Below, piece after piece: positions 7,876 to 16,734 of a DNA stretch of 24,310 nucleotides. Each line of letters starts with the position of its first letter. Position 1 is the first letter of the stretch. The position numbers were made by a program, and so were the translations under genes. The DNA comes from a virus (Duplodnaviria; Caudoviricetes): positions 1 to 24,310 of the IMG/VR virus record IMGVR_UViG_3300048574_000533. One strand, 5' to 3'. Under the pieces are notes generated by a model that was not told the origin of the DNA, searched no databases, and saw only the letters and a program-made list of their open reading frames with translations.

Positions 7876-10800
7876 GCGCTCAACCCCGCTGTCTCCAGAT
7901 GTTGGAGCAGCATCTCCACCGAACGTTCATCGCCTTGCACCTGGCCGCCGGCAAACCGCAGTTCCACCACTTTCGATGGGGCCGGAACAGCACTCGCGGC
8001 ATGAACCGCGCCGCCAGAGGCCAGATGCTGCACCGGCAACTGCGGCATGGCGCCGAGCAAACCACCCAGACGGTAGCCAATGCGGCTTTTTAGCCGCTTG
8101 GACAACTCGGCCATGACAACGTCAAACCGGCCGGCGTTGAAGGCCAGCGCAGCGGGAAGACCGGCCGCGCGAACAGACTCTTTGCGGATCATCACCTCCC
8201 CCGGTTCTCCCATCAGCGGCTCGGTATCGCCGCCGCCCCAACCAGGCAGGTGGCCGCCGCCAAGGATGTTGCGCACCCCGCCGCCAGCAGCCAAGGCTTG
8301 AATGATTCCGCCCCAGCGATAGCCGGCAACTCCGGGTGCGGCAGGGGCGCTCGCCTCGGTTGCCGCCGAGCGTTCCTTGACATTGACCCAGACTGTTCGC
8401 TCGGGAGTGACCAGTTTCAGAATCCGTTCTTCCACTGCCGCGACCGCTTCGGTTGACGCCGCCTGCATGCTCTTCCAGTTATTCATCCAGGCTTGACTGG
8501 CCTGATCCATGCCTTGGCTCAGATCGGCAAAACCGGCCTTCGAGATCAGGTTGTCCATGGCCCCGGCTGCGGCATCCCGCTGCTGGGTCAACACGTCGAT
8601 AGCCACCTGACCAGCCTGCTGCATGCCGGCCATAGAGGCCTTAAGGGCGTCACGGCTGCTGACCAGCACCTGGTCGCCGTCCTTGACCTCGGCGTTAAGG
8701 GCTTTGTAGGCGCTCTTGGCTTCATCAGCCAGCCGCTTGGCCTCATCAAATTTAAGGGCCGCTGCAGCCTGATCGCCCGCCTTCAACGCCTCTTTGCCCT
8801 GCTTGGCGGCCAACTGAGCGGCGGCGTAATACTCTGCAGCCTCTTTCTTTCGATCCTTCCAGGCTTCAATCTCTGTCATTCCTTCGCGGTTCATCTCCCG
8901 CAACTCGGCGGTCAACGACTGCTGACGGTCTGTGATCTCTTCCTGCAGGCTTTTGACCTGATCGGCATAGGCCTTGTACTGCTTCTGCATTTCCTTAAGC
9001 GCATCGCCGGTGGCCCGTTGCTGCGCGGCAGCCGATTGTTGAGCGCTTTCGGTGACCTTTTTCTGTTCCTGCACCTGAGTGGTCGAAGACTGTTTAGATT
9101 TGGCGTCAATCTCGGCAATCATCAGGGCATAGGTCTTACGGGCGTTCTCCATCTCCCGCTGAATCTGCCCGGTGTCGCCGCCGGTCATCCACTCCCAGGC
9201 CTCGCGGACTTTGAGCCAGCCCATGGTCAGGGTATGGGCCAGGGTGACGCCCGCCTTCTTGACGACGTCAAACTGATTGAGCCAGGAGCCGATTTGCCAC
9301 CCCACGGTCAAGGCGGTCATGGCCCAGGAGATCTGGCCGATTACACCAGGCACTGATCCCAAAGCCGCGACTGAATCCTTGGCCATGGCAAGCATTGCCA
9401 GCTTGGCAATCGAGGCCAATTTTGCGACCTGGCCAAAGACCAGACCGCCTGTGCCGATGGCCACCAAGGCAGCCGTAAGATTGGGCGCGGCGGCGGCCAT
9501 GTCCGCCATCACCCTGATCACCGTAATGATGGGGGCAAGGATAGCTCGCACCGCTGGCAGAAAAGTTGTGCCCAGATTGATGGCCGCCTCAACCACGGCG
9601 TTATTCAAAAGCTGCAGCTGATTCTCGGTGGTCTTGGTTCGTTCCTCAAATTCCTTGTTCATTGAACCGGCATAGCTGGCCTTGTCCGCCACCTGCCCCA
9701 TGGCGTCTCGATAGGTCCCTAGACTGCCCACCAACACACCGATATCGTCCTGAAACTCCCGACCAAACAGCCCAGTCAGCACCTCGGCCCGCTGCTGGCC
9801 GGAGAGCTTGCTCAAAGTCTCAAGCAGTGTGTCCAGCGCCCGCTGGGGATTCGACGCCACCTGTGCCGCCATCTCTTCGGCGCTCATACCGATCTTGCCG
9901 AGGGCCGTTTGGAACTCGCTGCTTTGCATGGTCGCGGTCTGCATCCGGTTGAGCATGGAGTTGATCGAGGTGGCCGCCACCTCGGGCGCCTTGCCTAAAG
10001 AAAGAAAAGCAGCCGACAATGCCGCTGTTGACTCTCTGGCCAGGCCAAACTGGTTGGCCGTGCCGCCGACCCTGAGCATTACTTCGACAATGTCTTTCTC
10101 ACGAGCCGCCGAAGTGTTGCCCAAGCGGTTGATCGTGTCGCCCAGCCCTTCGACCTCGCCGACAGCCAACTGATACACGTTCTTGATTTTGCCGATGGAG
10201 TCGCCTGCTTCCTGGGCGGTCATGTCAAAAGCGGTCGCCATCTTGGCGGTGACATTGACAAAAGCCGATATGTCCTGCGAAGCAATGCCCAGCTGACCAC
10301 CGGACTGCGCAACTTGCGCCAGTTCATTGGCCGTCAGCGGCAGTTGTCGAGTCATGGCCAACAACTCGGCACGCAGGGCGGCAAACTCTGCCGGCGTCGC
10401 TTCCACAACCTTTTTCACCCCGGCCATGGAACTCTCAAACTTGATCGCCTGGCTGATCGCCAACACGGTAGGAGCGGCCGCTGCAGCCACCTCGACCATC
10501 CCCGTCTTCACTCCAACCAACGCATCGCGCCAGCCTGTTGTTCGCCGGGTCAGTTCATCAATCCTACCACGCAAGACCACCTTGGCCTGAGCCAGCTCCG
10601 CCATGGAGAGTTTGCCGGAAGCGGCCAAGGCGGCGTATGCATTCCGGGCCTTGTCAATTTCCGCCGCAATCTCGGCATGGGGGGTGAGGCCCAGGGCGTC
10701 GCGGGCCTGGGCCACCTTGGCGAACTCCTGATACTTCAGCCTGGTTGCCTCGAGTTGTGCTCTCAGTGCCGTTTGTTGACCGGCAAGGTTGGCGGTCGAC

Positions 10801-11159
10801 ACACCGGCGCTCGCCATGGAGGTTCGGACCTGCTGCAACTGCTGATGTTGTCGGCCCAGTTCCTCCTTAAGCCGAGCAGCCTCAGCCTTGGCCCGTTCAA
10901 AATCCTTGGCCAGTGCGGCGCCGCCAACGCCCGACTTGACGGCCTTGGCCAGATCGACGACCTTCTTTTGCGTCTCGCCATAAGCCTTTGCCGTCTCTTC
11001 AGACTGCCGCTTGAGATGGGAAAAACCCTGAATAGACTCCAGCGCCTTGACTATCCCAGCCGAGGCCGTGCGGAACTCCGACTGTACCCGGTCGAGGTTC
11101 GTTTTGACCGTTCCGGCGTCAACGCCTATTTTGATCTCAACTGCCGAAGAGGTTGCCAT
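7872..11159 (-). CDS. Phage tail tape measure protein, TP901-like core (1095 aa)
   Basis: Ala-rich helical protein with the FESSMAGVKKV...GGQLGI...KMATAFD core, following the tail chaperone. Confidence 0.92.
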   Translation of the reverse strand: MATSSAVEIKIGVDAGTVKTNLDRVQSEFRTASAGIVKALESIQGFSHLKRQSEETAKAYGETQKKVVDLAKAVKSGVGGAALAKDFERAKAEAARLKEELGRQHQQLQQVRTSMASAGVSTANLAGQQTALRAQLEATRLKYQEFAKVAQARDALGLTPHAEIAAEIDKARNAYAALAASGKLSMAELAQAKVVLRGRIDELTRRTTGWRDALVGVKTGMVEVAAAAAPTVLAISQAIKFESSMAGVKKVVEATPAEFAALRAELLAMTRQLPLTANELAQVAQSGGQLGIASQDISAFVNVTAKMATAFDMTAQEAGDSIGKIKNVYQLAVGEVEGLGDTINRLGNTSAAREKDIVEVMLRVGGTANQFGLARESTAALSAAFLSLGKAPEVAATSINSMLNRMQTATMQSSEFQTALGKIGMSAEEMAAQVASNPQRALDTLLETLSKLSGQQRAEVLTGLFGREFQDDIGVLVGSLGTYRDAMGQVADKASYAGSMNKEFEERTKTTENQLQLLNNAVVEAAINLGTTFLPAVRAILAPIITVIRVMADMAAAAPNLTAALVAIGTGGLVFGQVAKLASIAKLAMLAMAKDSVAALGSVPGVIGQISWAMTALTVGWQIGSWLNQFDVVKKAGVTLAHTLTMGWLKVREAWEWMTGGDTGQIQREMENARKTYALMIAEIDAKSKQSSTTQVQEQKKVTESAQQSAAAQQRATGDALKEMQKQYKAYADQVKSLQEEITDRQQSLTAELREMNREGMTEIEAWKDRKKEAAEYYAAAQLAAKQGKEALKAGDQAAAALKFDEAKRLADEAKSAYKALNAEVKDGDQVLVSSRDALKASMAGMQQAGQVAIDVLTQQRDAAAGAMDNLISKAGFADLSQGMDQASQAWMNNWKSMQAASTEAVAAVEERILKLVTPERTVWVNVKERSAATEASAPAAPGVAGYRWGGIIQALAAGGGVRNILGGGHLPGWGGGDTEPLMGEPGEVMIRKESVRAAGLPAALAFNAGRFDVVMAELSKRLKSRIGYRLGGLLGAMPQLPVQHLASGGAVHAASAVPAPSKVVELRFAGGQVQGDERSVEMLLQHLETAGLSA

Positions 11160-11218
11160 GGTGTCCTATTCGCTCACCCGCTCAAAAGCTGTTCCGTTTA
11201 CTATTGTTGCCGCCGTGC

Positions 11219-11392
11219 TCATTTTCGCATGGCGTCGCTGAACTCGTCGATGGCCGCCTGATACAGCGACCAACTGTACTCATAGGCGTTGGCATGCCCC
11301 AGGCGGATCAACCGGCAGACATTTCGCTTGAGGCTGGCGGCGGCATCATCTTCGCGACAGCCCCCAGCCTCTCGCACATCCGCGATAAAAAA
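11219..11392 (-). CDS. -1 frameshift extension of the tail assembly chaperone (G-T type fusion)
   Basis: In-phase slippery heptamer T TTT TTA (11392-11386). The -1 frame is open to TGA at 11221-11219: FIADVREAGG...CRLIRLGHANAYEYSWSLYQAAIDEFSDAMRK*. Confidence 0.75.
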   Translation of the reverse strand, partial: FFIADVREAGGCREDDAAASLKRNVCRLIRLGHANAYEYSWSLYQAAIDEFSDAMRK

Positions 11393-11643
11393 TCGTTCAC
11401 CTCGGCCACAGCGGACCAGAGCCGTTCCAACTCACTGGGCAACACGTCGCCGCCCAGTTCTTCGACCGTCAGGCCAGAGCTGGCGATCACAGCATCGATA
11501 GGAATCGAAGAATTGATCAGCAGTTCAGCCGTGGTCGCCTTGCGATCAGCGGTTGCATTCTCAAACAATCCATCGACTTGCCGAACGGTCAGTTCCTTGA
11601 CGGTGATGGTTCTTCCGCCAAAATCGATATTTTTTTCTTTCAT
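11308..11643 (-). CDS. Tail assembly chaperone, short form (111 aa)
   Basis: Lies between tail tube and tape measure. ITVKELTV motif. ATG at 11643 with GAGGTG RBS. Confidence 0.82.
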   Translation of the reverse strand: MKEKNIDFGGRTITVKELTVRQVDGLFENATADRKATTAELLINSSIPIDAVIASSGLTVEELGGDVLPSELERLWSAVAEVNDFLSRMCERLGAVAKMMPPPASSEMSAG

Positions 11644-11651
11644 CGCACACC

Positions 11652-12398
11652 TCAACTCAAAAAGGTTAGATCATACGGCGAGGTCTCGCCGGTTGGCGTC
11701 TGAAAGGTGCCGTCAAAGCTCGCCTCGACAAACTTGTCGCTGATTAGCGCGATCTCGTTGCTGGCGGCCAACCGGATCTTTTTGCCGTTAAAGATGAAGT
11801 TGCGTCCCTTGGAACGCTCCTTGCCGTCAACCACAACCCTGGCCAGCACGTTGGCCCGAGTCGCCCCGGTGATTTTGACGCCGTTGACGGCTGCATGGGC
11901 GCAGGAGAGTTTACAGGTTGTGCCGCCAACAATAGTCCCGGTCGACAAAGCCTTGATCATGCCTAGCCGGGCGTTGACCTCATAATCTGTGCCGAGAGTA
12001 TAAGTGGTCGCACCCGTTGGATCTTTGACGACAGCCTCGCTGATCATCAGTTTGCCGCACTCCACCCAGCGATCAGACAAGAGCGTGATGGTCTGATCCG
12101 CCAAAGTGCCAACAGTCTGGGTCAGCGTGGTGGAGAGGCCGCTGAATCCAGCGGCAAACAGCTCCGCGTCCAACTGGGTAAACACAAAACTGACTGTATG
12201 CGGTTTGGGGCTGGTGTCCGACTCGATCACCATGCCGTAGTTATCACGGCCAAAACCGATCATTTCTTCAATCTCGCCAGCGCCTTTGATGGTGATGTTC
12301 TTGCAGTTGCCTTTGAGCTGCAACCCAGTCGGCATCCCGGCGTCATCGAAAATATCAATGAGGCAGTCGCCCGATCCTTTAAATCCAAAAAAATTCAT
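11652..12398 (-). CDS. Major tail (tube) protein (248 aa)
   Basis: Position between tail terminator and chaperone. FKGSG...GN N-terminus and a YTLGTDYEVNARLGMI insertion. Confidence 0.8.
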   Translation of the reverse strand: MNFFGFKGSGDCLIDIFDDAGMPTGLQLKGNCKNITIKGAGEIEEMIGFGRDNYGMVIESDTSPKPHTVSFVFTQLDAELFAAGFSGLSTTLTQTVGTLADQTITLLSDRWVECGKLMISEAVVKDPTGATTYTLGTDYEVNARLGMIKALSTGTIVGGTTCKLSCAHAAVNGVKITGATRANVLARVVVDGKERSKGRNFIFNGKKIRLAASNEIALISDKFVEASFDGTFQTPTGETSPYDLTFLS

Positions 12399-12568
12399 GG
12401 TTGATCCTCCCCGGTCTCATGGTCCAGTTCCTCGGTCTGCTCAATTGCGCCGACCGCACCTTTACCCAAAAGGTAGACAGCGTTTTCTTCCGCCAGTTTG
12501 ATGGAGTTTCCTGGCTTGTAGACCTTGCCGTCGTGCTCCAATGGTTTTTTCACAATGTATGTGGTCAT
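12395..12568 (-). CDS. Small phage head-tail region protein (57 aa), absent from the ORF track
   Basis: MTTYIVKKPLEHDGKVYKPGNSIKLAEENAVYLLGKGAVG..., with an AAAGGAG RBS. Its stop overlaps the tail tube ATG (ATGA). Confidence 0.8.
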   Translation of the reverse strand: MTTYIVKKPLEHDGKVYKPGNSIKLAEENAVYLLGKGAVGAIEQTEELDHETGEDQP

Positions 12569-12578
12569 AACGACTCCT

Positions 12579-12980
12579 TTATGTGTCTATGGTAAGAGGA
12601 TAGACGTCCAGGGTTACCCTGGCTGAATAAATCAACAGACTGTCCTCCACCCCTTCCCACCGTATGCGTGGTATACTTGCCTCCTCAGACCCTTTTTCGA
12701 CGGGCTCCCACCGGGTGAAAGCCGGCCGGACCGCATCAATCAACTCATCCATGGCAACCTGGCCTTTCTCAGGGTCCAGGTAGCTGACCAGGAGCGCAAT
12801 CTCGTAGGTCAACTTCCGGGCCGACTCCGGATCGTCAGTTACCGATTCGTCGCTATAAAGGTAGAACACCGCCGAGGGCGGCGACTGCAGGGCTCGTTTG
12901 CTAAAACCTCGCTCCACCACCTTGAACGTGCCCAGCCCTTCGAGCCTGGCCTTGATTGCGTTACCGATGGCAGCCAGCAT
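12579..12980 (-). CDS. Mu gp37-like tail terminator/completion protein (133 aa)
   Basis: Size and position directly after the gp36-like gene. MLAAIGNAIKARL...PPSAVFY pattern. Confidence 0.7.
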   Translation of the reverse strand: MLAAIGNAIKARLEGLGTFKVVERGFSKRALQSPPSAVFYLYSDESVTDDPESARKLTYEIALLVSYLDPEKGQVAMDELIDAVRPAFTRWEPVEKGSEEASIPRIRWEGVEDSLLIYSARVTLDVYPLTIDT

Positions 12981-13411
12981 CAGAGGCCTCGCGTTTGTTT
13001 GCGGGTGAACAGCCGCTCGTTTCCGGGCATGAGGCCGCTCAGGCTCTCGGTGACCGGGGTCACTGATGCAGCGTCAGCGCCCATGGAGGCCTCGCCGGTC
13101 TGCACCCGTTTGAGATAGGCCAGAGCCTGAGTGTTCCGATCCTTGACCGACTCGGGCACATCCACATGCGGCCGCCGCGAGTAGAGGTTGTAGATCGCCA
13201 GGTCGACCGAGAACTTGACGGCCAGCTTGGGAACCGGATTGAACAGGACCTGGTAGCGATCATGGCAATGGGCGTCGATCAGTGCCTCAGCCCCGGTCAA
13301 CGCCCAGTCGACCACGGTTCCGTTCACTGCGTCGGCCTGGGCGTCGTCGGTGAGGCTGATCAGATCCGCCTCGGCCATCTGCTCCAGGATGTCGGCCAGG
13401 CTGGCGTACAT
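12980..13411 (-). CDS. Mu gp36-like (DUF1320) head-tail adaptor (143 aa)
   Basis: MYASLADI...ALIDAH...RYQV...DLAIYNLYSRR...ALAYLKRV signature. Confidence 0.9.
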   Translation of the reverse strand: MYASLADILEQMAEADLISLTDDAQADAVNGTVVDWALTGAEALIDAHCHDRYQVLFNPVPKLAVKFSVDLAIYNLYSRRPHVDVPESVKDRNTQALAYLKRVQTGEASMGADAASVTPVTESLSGLMPGNERLFTRKQTRGL

Positions 13412-13668
13412 CAGGCGCTGGCTCCATCAGGCGCAGAATCGCCGCCCTCTGTTCCAGTCGGCTGCTTTTCTTTGCCGGCTTTGCCCTTGGAGCTTTTGGG
13501 TTCGCCCGGCTCTTTCTCCGCTGTCACAACGACAATCAGCATCGGTTCCTTTTGCAAGGTGGTCAGTTCCTCGGCGGTGAACCGGTCGTCGTCATAGGTG
13601 GTCGGGGTCTGACTATGGGCAACGCCGAGGCGGCGGAACCCGTCTTTCTTGCTTGTAATCGTGATCAT
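13411..13668 (-). CDS. HI1506-like/FluMu N-terminal domain protein (85 aa)
   Basis: ITITSKKDGFRRLGVAHS...EPMLIV signature, directly after gpT. Confidence 0.85.
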   Translation of the reverse strand: MITITSKKDGFRRLGVAHSQTPTTYDDDRFTAEELTTLQKEPMLIVVVTAEKEPGEPKSSKGKAGKEKQPTGTEGGDSAPDGASA

Positions 13669-13697
13669 GTGCGCTTCTCCTTTGGGGGCAGCCCAGA

Positions 13698-14591
13698 TTA
13701 TGCCAACCAGGGCGCCTTGAGCAGGTCGACTGCCTTGTAGTTGGTGTTGGAATCGCCGCCGTTGATCAGCTGAGCCTCGATGATCTTCTTGGCCTTGCTG
13801 TAATTGGAGGGGCCGACCACCAGCAGGTTGGGCGCCACGCCCAAGGGTTCGCCCCGGTCTTTCTTGAAGGCGCCCATGGCGTCATAGGCCGCCTCAAAGT
13901 TGGTCGCATCCAAGGTCGCCTTGGAACCAAAGGCCATCTGCCAGAAGCCGAAGCCCACGTTGCAGCGCGAGTCCACCCCGTAGAGGAAGGTCTTGCGCAT
14001 GAACACGTTCTCGTCGCGCTCCTGATTGAGCAGGACGAAGTTCGGGGCCTTGCGGTCCTGGAAGATGATCGGTTTGAGCGGCCGCCGGGTGTCGAGCAGG
14101 AACCAGGGGCTGTTCGATCCGGTCTGGAAGTTCGAGACCGAAGTGGCGTTGCCTTCGGCATCGAGCACCGGGTGATCAGCATCAAAGAAGTACTGGCCGT
14201 CGTAGCAGGCGGTGGCAAAGCCGGCGGTCAAAAGAGCAAACACCAGCTTGTCCGGATGGATCCGGGACTCGAAGCCCATGTTCTCCATCATCGGCGCGTA
14301 AATGCCGTACTGATCATCTTCGATCCGGTCGCGGTCCACGCCCACGGTCAGCTCAAAGGATTTGTTCTTGATCGCGTACTCGTGCATGCTCAGGTTGTTG
14401 ATCTGGCGGTCGCCCACCCATTCGCGCATGCCGGGGATCTGACCGATCCAGCCGTAGTCCTCAATCAGCGTGGTCGACGGCACGCGGGTCGCCACCTGTT
14501 GCCATTGCGACTCAGCGTTGTCGAATCCCCGCTGAAAGACCGTCTTGAAGGCGCGATACATGCCGGCCATATTGGTGCTGTTAATGAGCAT
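13698..14591 (-). CDS. gpT: Mu-like major head subunit gpT (297 aa)
   Basis: YGWIGQIPGMREWVGDR, CYDGQYFFDADHP, PWFLLDTRRPLKPIIFQDR and GFGFWQMAFG motifs. Confidence 0.95.
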   Translation of the reverse strand: MLINSTNMAGMYRAFKTVFQRGFDNAESQWQQVATRVPSTTLIEDYGWIGQIPGMREWVGDRQINNLSMHEYAIKNKSFELTVGVDRDRIEDDQYGIYAPMMENMGFESRIHPDKLVFALLTAGFATACYDGQYFFDADHPVLDAEGNATSVSNFQTGSNSPWFLLDTRRPLKPIIFQDRKAPNFVLLNQERDENVFMRKTFLYGVDSRCNVGFGFWQMAFGSKATLDATNFEAAYDAMGAFKKDRGEPLGVAPNLLVVGPSNYSKAKKIIEAQLINGGDSNTNYKAVDLLKAPWLA

Positions 14592-14623
14592 GATGTTCTC
14601 TCCTGATGTTGAATGAGCGCCGG

Positions 14624-15028
14624 TTAGCGCAAATCGATCCAGACGCCCTGGCTGTCGACGTCAAAGACCTTGCCGGCAATGGACCGGGTCGAGCTGCCGT
14701 TGGTCTTGGCCACGGTCTGATCATCGACGATGTAGCAGTCGTTGCCGATGTCGGCAGTGGTCAGGGCCTCGGTCGAGGTCGAGTTGGCAAAACAGAAGAT
14801 GCCCTTCTCGATCTCGATGTTGACCGCTCCGGCCACGGAGCCGTTGGTGATCTGTTCAGCGAACCGGCCAACGCCGCGCAGGGTTGTGGCGGTGGCGCCT
14901 GGCGTGGCCCGGCCGTTGCCGTCTCGGGCCGCCAGTCCGCCGGCGTAACAGGTGACCGATGCCGCCACGGGCAGGGAGAGTTTCCTGCCGCTTCGTTCCT
15001 TGGTGTCTCTGTCCTTGGTCAATGCCAT
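14624..15028 (-). CDS. Putative capsid decoration/cement protein (134 aa)
   Basis: Lies between protease and gpT. DIGNDCYIVDDQTVAKT...AGKVFDVD motif and a CAGGAGG RBS. Confidence 0.75.
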   Translation of the reverse strand: MALTKDRDTKERSGRKLSLPVAASVTCYAGGLAARDGNGRATPGATATTLRGVGRFAEQITNGSVAGAVNIEIEKGIFCFANSTSTEALTTADIGNDCYIVDDQTVAKTNGSSTRSIAGKVFDVDSQGVWIDLR

Positions 15029-15061
15029 GGGGTGTTCCTCCTGGGGTGAGGCAAGCGCCGA

Positions 15062-15553
15062 TCAGACGGCAGCCTTGCGGTATTCTTCTTCCGTGACGCC
15101 AAGCCGGTCACAGATGGCCCGCTCGTCGCTGTTCAGGGCCTGATCGCTCTCCGGCGGCTTCTTGTTATCCAGACCGGATGGATCACCGATGGCCGGGGCA
15201 GCCTTACAGAAGTCGGCGAACCGTTGCAGGCCGCCTTCCTGCCGGCACTGGGCCTTGTGATACTCCGCTGTGGCCGGAGTGATCTTGCCTGCCGCGAGCG
15301 CTCCATTGATCGCGGTCTCAATCTCGCCCTCGAGTTTCTGTTCTTGGATGGCAGCGAGGGATTGCTCGGCGTTGGCGGCCCGCGCCAAGGCGGCGTCATA
15401 GTCGGACCGGGGCACGAACTTGGTCAGACTGGGGTTCTCGGCCCGGTTGTTCGCCGTGGCCAGGTTGTCTCTGAGGGTGGAGATCACCGCCAGGGCTTGC
15501 CCCTGGGTTGCGGTCTCGGGCAGCTCGAGGGCTGCCAGCAATGCTTTCAGCAT
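15062..15553 (-). CDS. Nested in-frame scaffolding protein (Mu gpZ-like, 163 aa)
   Basis: Internal AAGGAG-AACCCC-ATG, in frame, right after the protease domain. Helical Ala/Glu-rich product, same arrangement as Mu I/Z. Confidence 0.65.
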   Translation of the reverse strand: MLKALLAALELPETATQGQALAVISTLRDNLATANNRAENPSLTKFVPRSDYDAALARAANAEQSLAAIQEQKLEGEIETAINGALAAGKITPATAEYHKAQCRQEGGLQRFADFCKAAPAIGDPSGLDNKKPPESDQALNSDERAICDRLGVTEEEYRKAAV

Positions 15554-16030
15554 GGGGTTCTCCTTGGAAGCCTCTTCGCTTCCGGTAGAATGATTAAGGG
15601 CCTGCAGGTTGAAGTTGGGGCGATTGGTCAAGGCCACCGAGGTCAGACCGGCAATCAGGCCGCTGTCTTTTTGGTAGAGGATCACCGGGCTCAGGTAGCG
15701 ATACTGCTTGCTCCCGACCAGGTCGCGGCCAACGGGATTCCACTCGACCCGGCCCCAGACGGCGCCGTTTCTGTTCTCCAAGCCTTTGATCCAGCCGGCG
15801 GCCGGGGCCGGTTCGCCCTTGGGGGCCTTCAGCTCGGTGGCGTGCTCCAGGTCAACCGGCAGATCCATGCCCTGGGCGACAAAGGCGTCTAAAATCCCTT
15901 GGGGCTGGGTGTTGTTCCAGGCCCTTCCGTCCCGCCCTACAACCCGGCCCGCCGGGATCAGTTCCACCCACTCGGGCAGGCCGCCTTCCAGGAGGTCAAG
16001 TTCGGTGCTGTTCAGTGCTGTTTGCTGCAT
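15062..16030 (-). CDS. gpI: Mu-like prohead protease gpI with C-terminal scaffold (322 aa)
   Basis: PEWVELIPAG, GRDGR, PVDLEHAT, APAAGWI, YRYLSPV and VALTNRPN motifs. Confidence 0.93.
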   Translation of the reverse strand: MQQTALNSTELDLLEGGLPEWVELIPAGRVVGRDGRAWNNTQPQGILDAFVAQGMDLPVDLEHATELKAPKGEPAPAAGWIKGLENRNGAVWGRVEWNPVGRDLVGSKQYRYLSPVILYQKDSGLIAGLTSVALTNRPNFNLQALNHSTGSEEASKENPMLKALLAALELPETATQGQALAVISTLRDNLATANNRAENPSLTKFVPRSDYDAALARAANAEQSLAAIQEQKLEGEIETAINGALAAGKITPATAEYHKAQCRQEGGLQRFADFCKAAPAIGDPSGLDNKKPPESDQALNSDERAICDRLGVTEEEYRKAAV

Positions 16031-16171
16031 GGTTGTCCTCGCCCCTTGCTGTTGTCCGGAACCGCGTTTAAAAACCGTTTAAAAGTCTTTGTATTGGATT
16101 GGCGAGGAGCCTCGCGGCCAACGGGGCGTATCAACCCAAGATTGAAAAACAGGCCGTTTTGTGCGCCGCGC

Positions 16172-16702
16172 TCAAAGATCAAGCAATCGCGCCCGAATCA
16201 CGTTGATCACCATGGTCCGATCCTTCTCCGCCAGATCCATCTCCGTGCCCCGGTTCAAAGCCAGATAAGGCCGGGCCGGGATGGTGACCTTCTTCCCCCT
16301 GCCCGCCTTGCCGCCAAACTGATGGATGGCGGCGTAGGGGATGTGCCCGCCGGTCCCGATGGCGACGCTGGTCTTACCCGCCTGGCTATGCACCGAGCCT
16401 TCCAGGTCGCCGCGCTCCCAGAGGATGCGCTTGCCGGTCAGGTAGCGTTTGCCTTTGGCCGAGAGGTAACCGTCCTTCTTCCAGCCCTTGTGCCTGGCCA
16501 GGCCCAGATGCAGGGTGACCTCGGCAAGCGGCGTCCAGGGCGTGCCGTCCGGCGCTGTTTGCGCCTTGAAGTTCTCGACCACCGAGCGTTCGTAAAAGGC
16601 TCCAATCGCCTGCATGGCCGGGGTCAAGTCCTGGGCCCGATCCCGCAAGCGGGTCAGCAGATCCCGCACCTCGCGGTCGTTGATTTCAACCTGTATGTCC
16701 AT
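16172..16702 (-). CDS. gpG: Phage virion morphogenesis protein (Mu gpG-like, 176 aa)
   Basis: DLTPAMQAIG...APDGTPWTPL...YAAIHQFGG...IPARPYL signature. Confidence 0.92.
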   Translation of the reverse strand: MDIQVEINDREVRDLLTRLRDRAQDLTPAMQAIGAFYERSVVENFKAQTAPDGTPWTPLAEVTLHLGLARHKGWKKDGYLSAKGKRYLTGKRILWERGDLEGSVHSQAGKTSVAIGTGGHIPYAAIHQFGGKAGRGKKVTIPARPYLALNRGTEMDLAEKDRTMVINVIRARLLDL

Positions 16703-16730
16703 TGCCAGGCTCCCCCTTGGGCCTTATATT
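16702..16730 (+). promoter_or_regulatory. Sigma70-type promoter pointing into the cloverleaf array
   Basis: TTGCCA (16702-16707), 17-nt spacer, TATATT (16725-16730). The predicted start at ~16737 is just before unit A. Confidence 0.7.
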
Positions 16731-16734
16731 CAAG

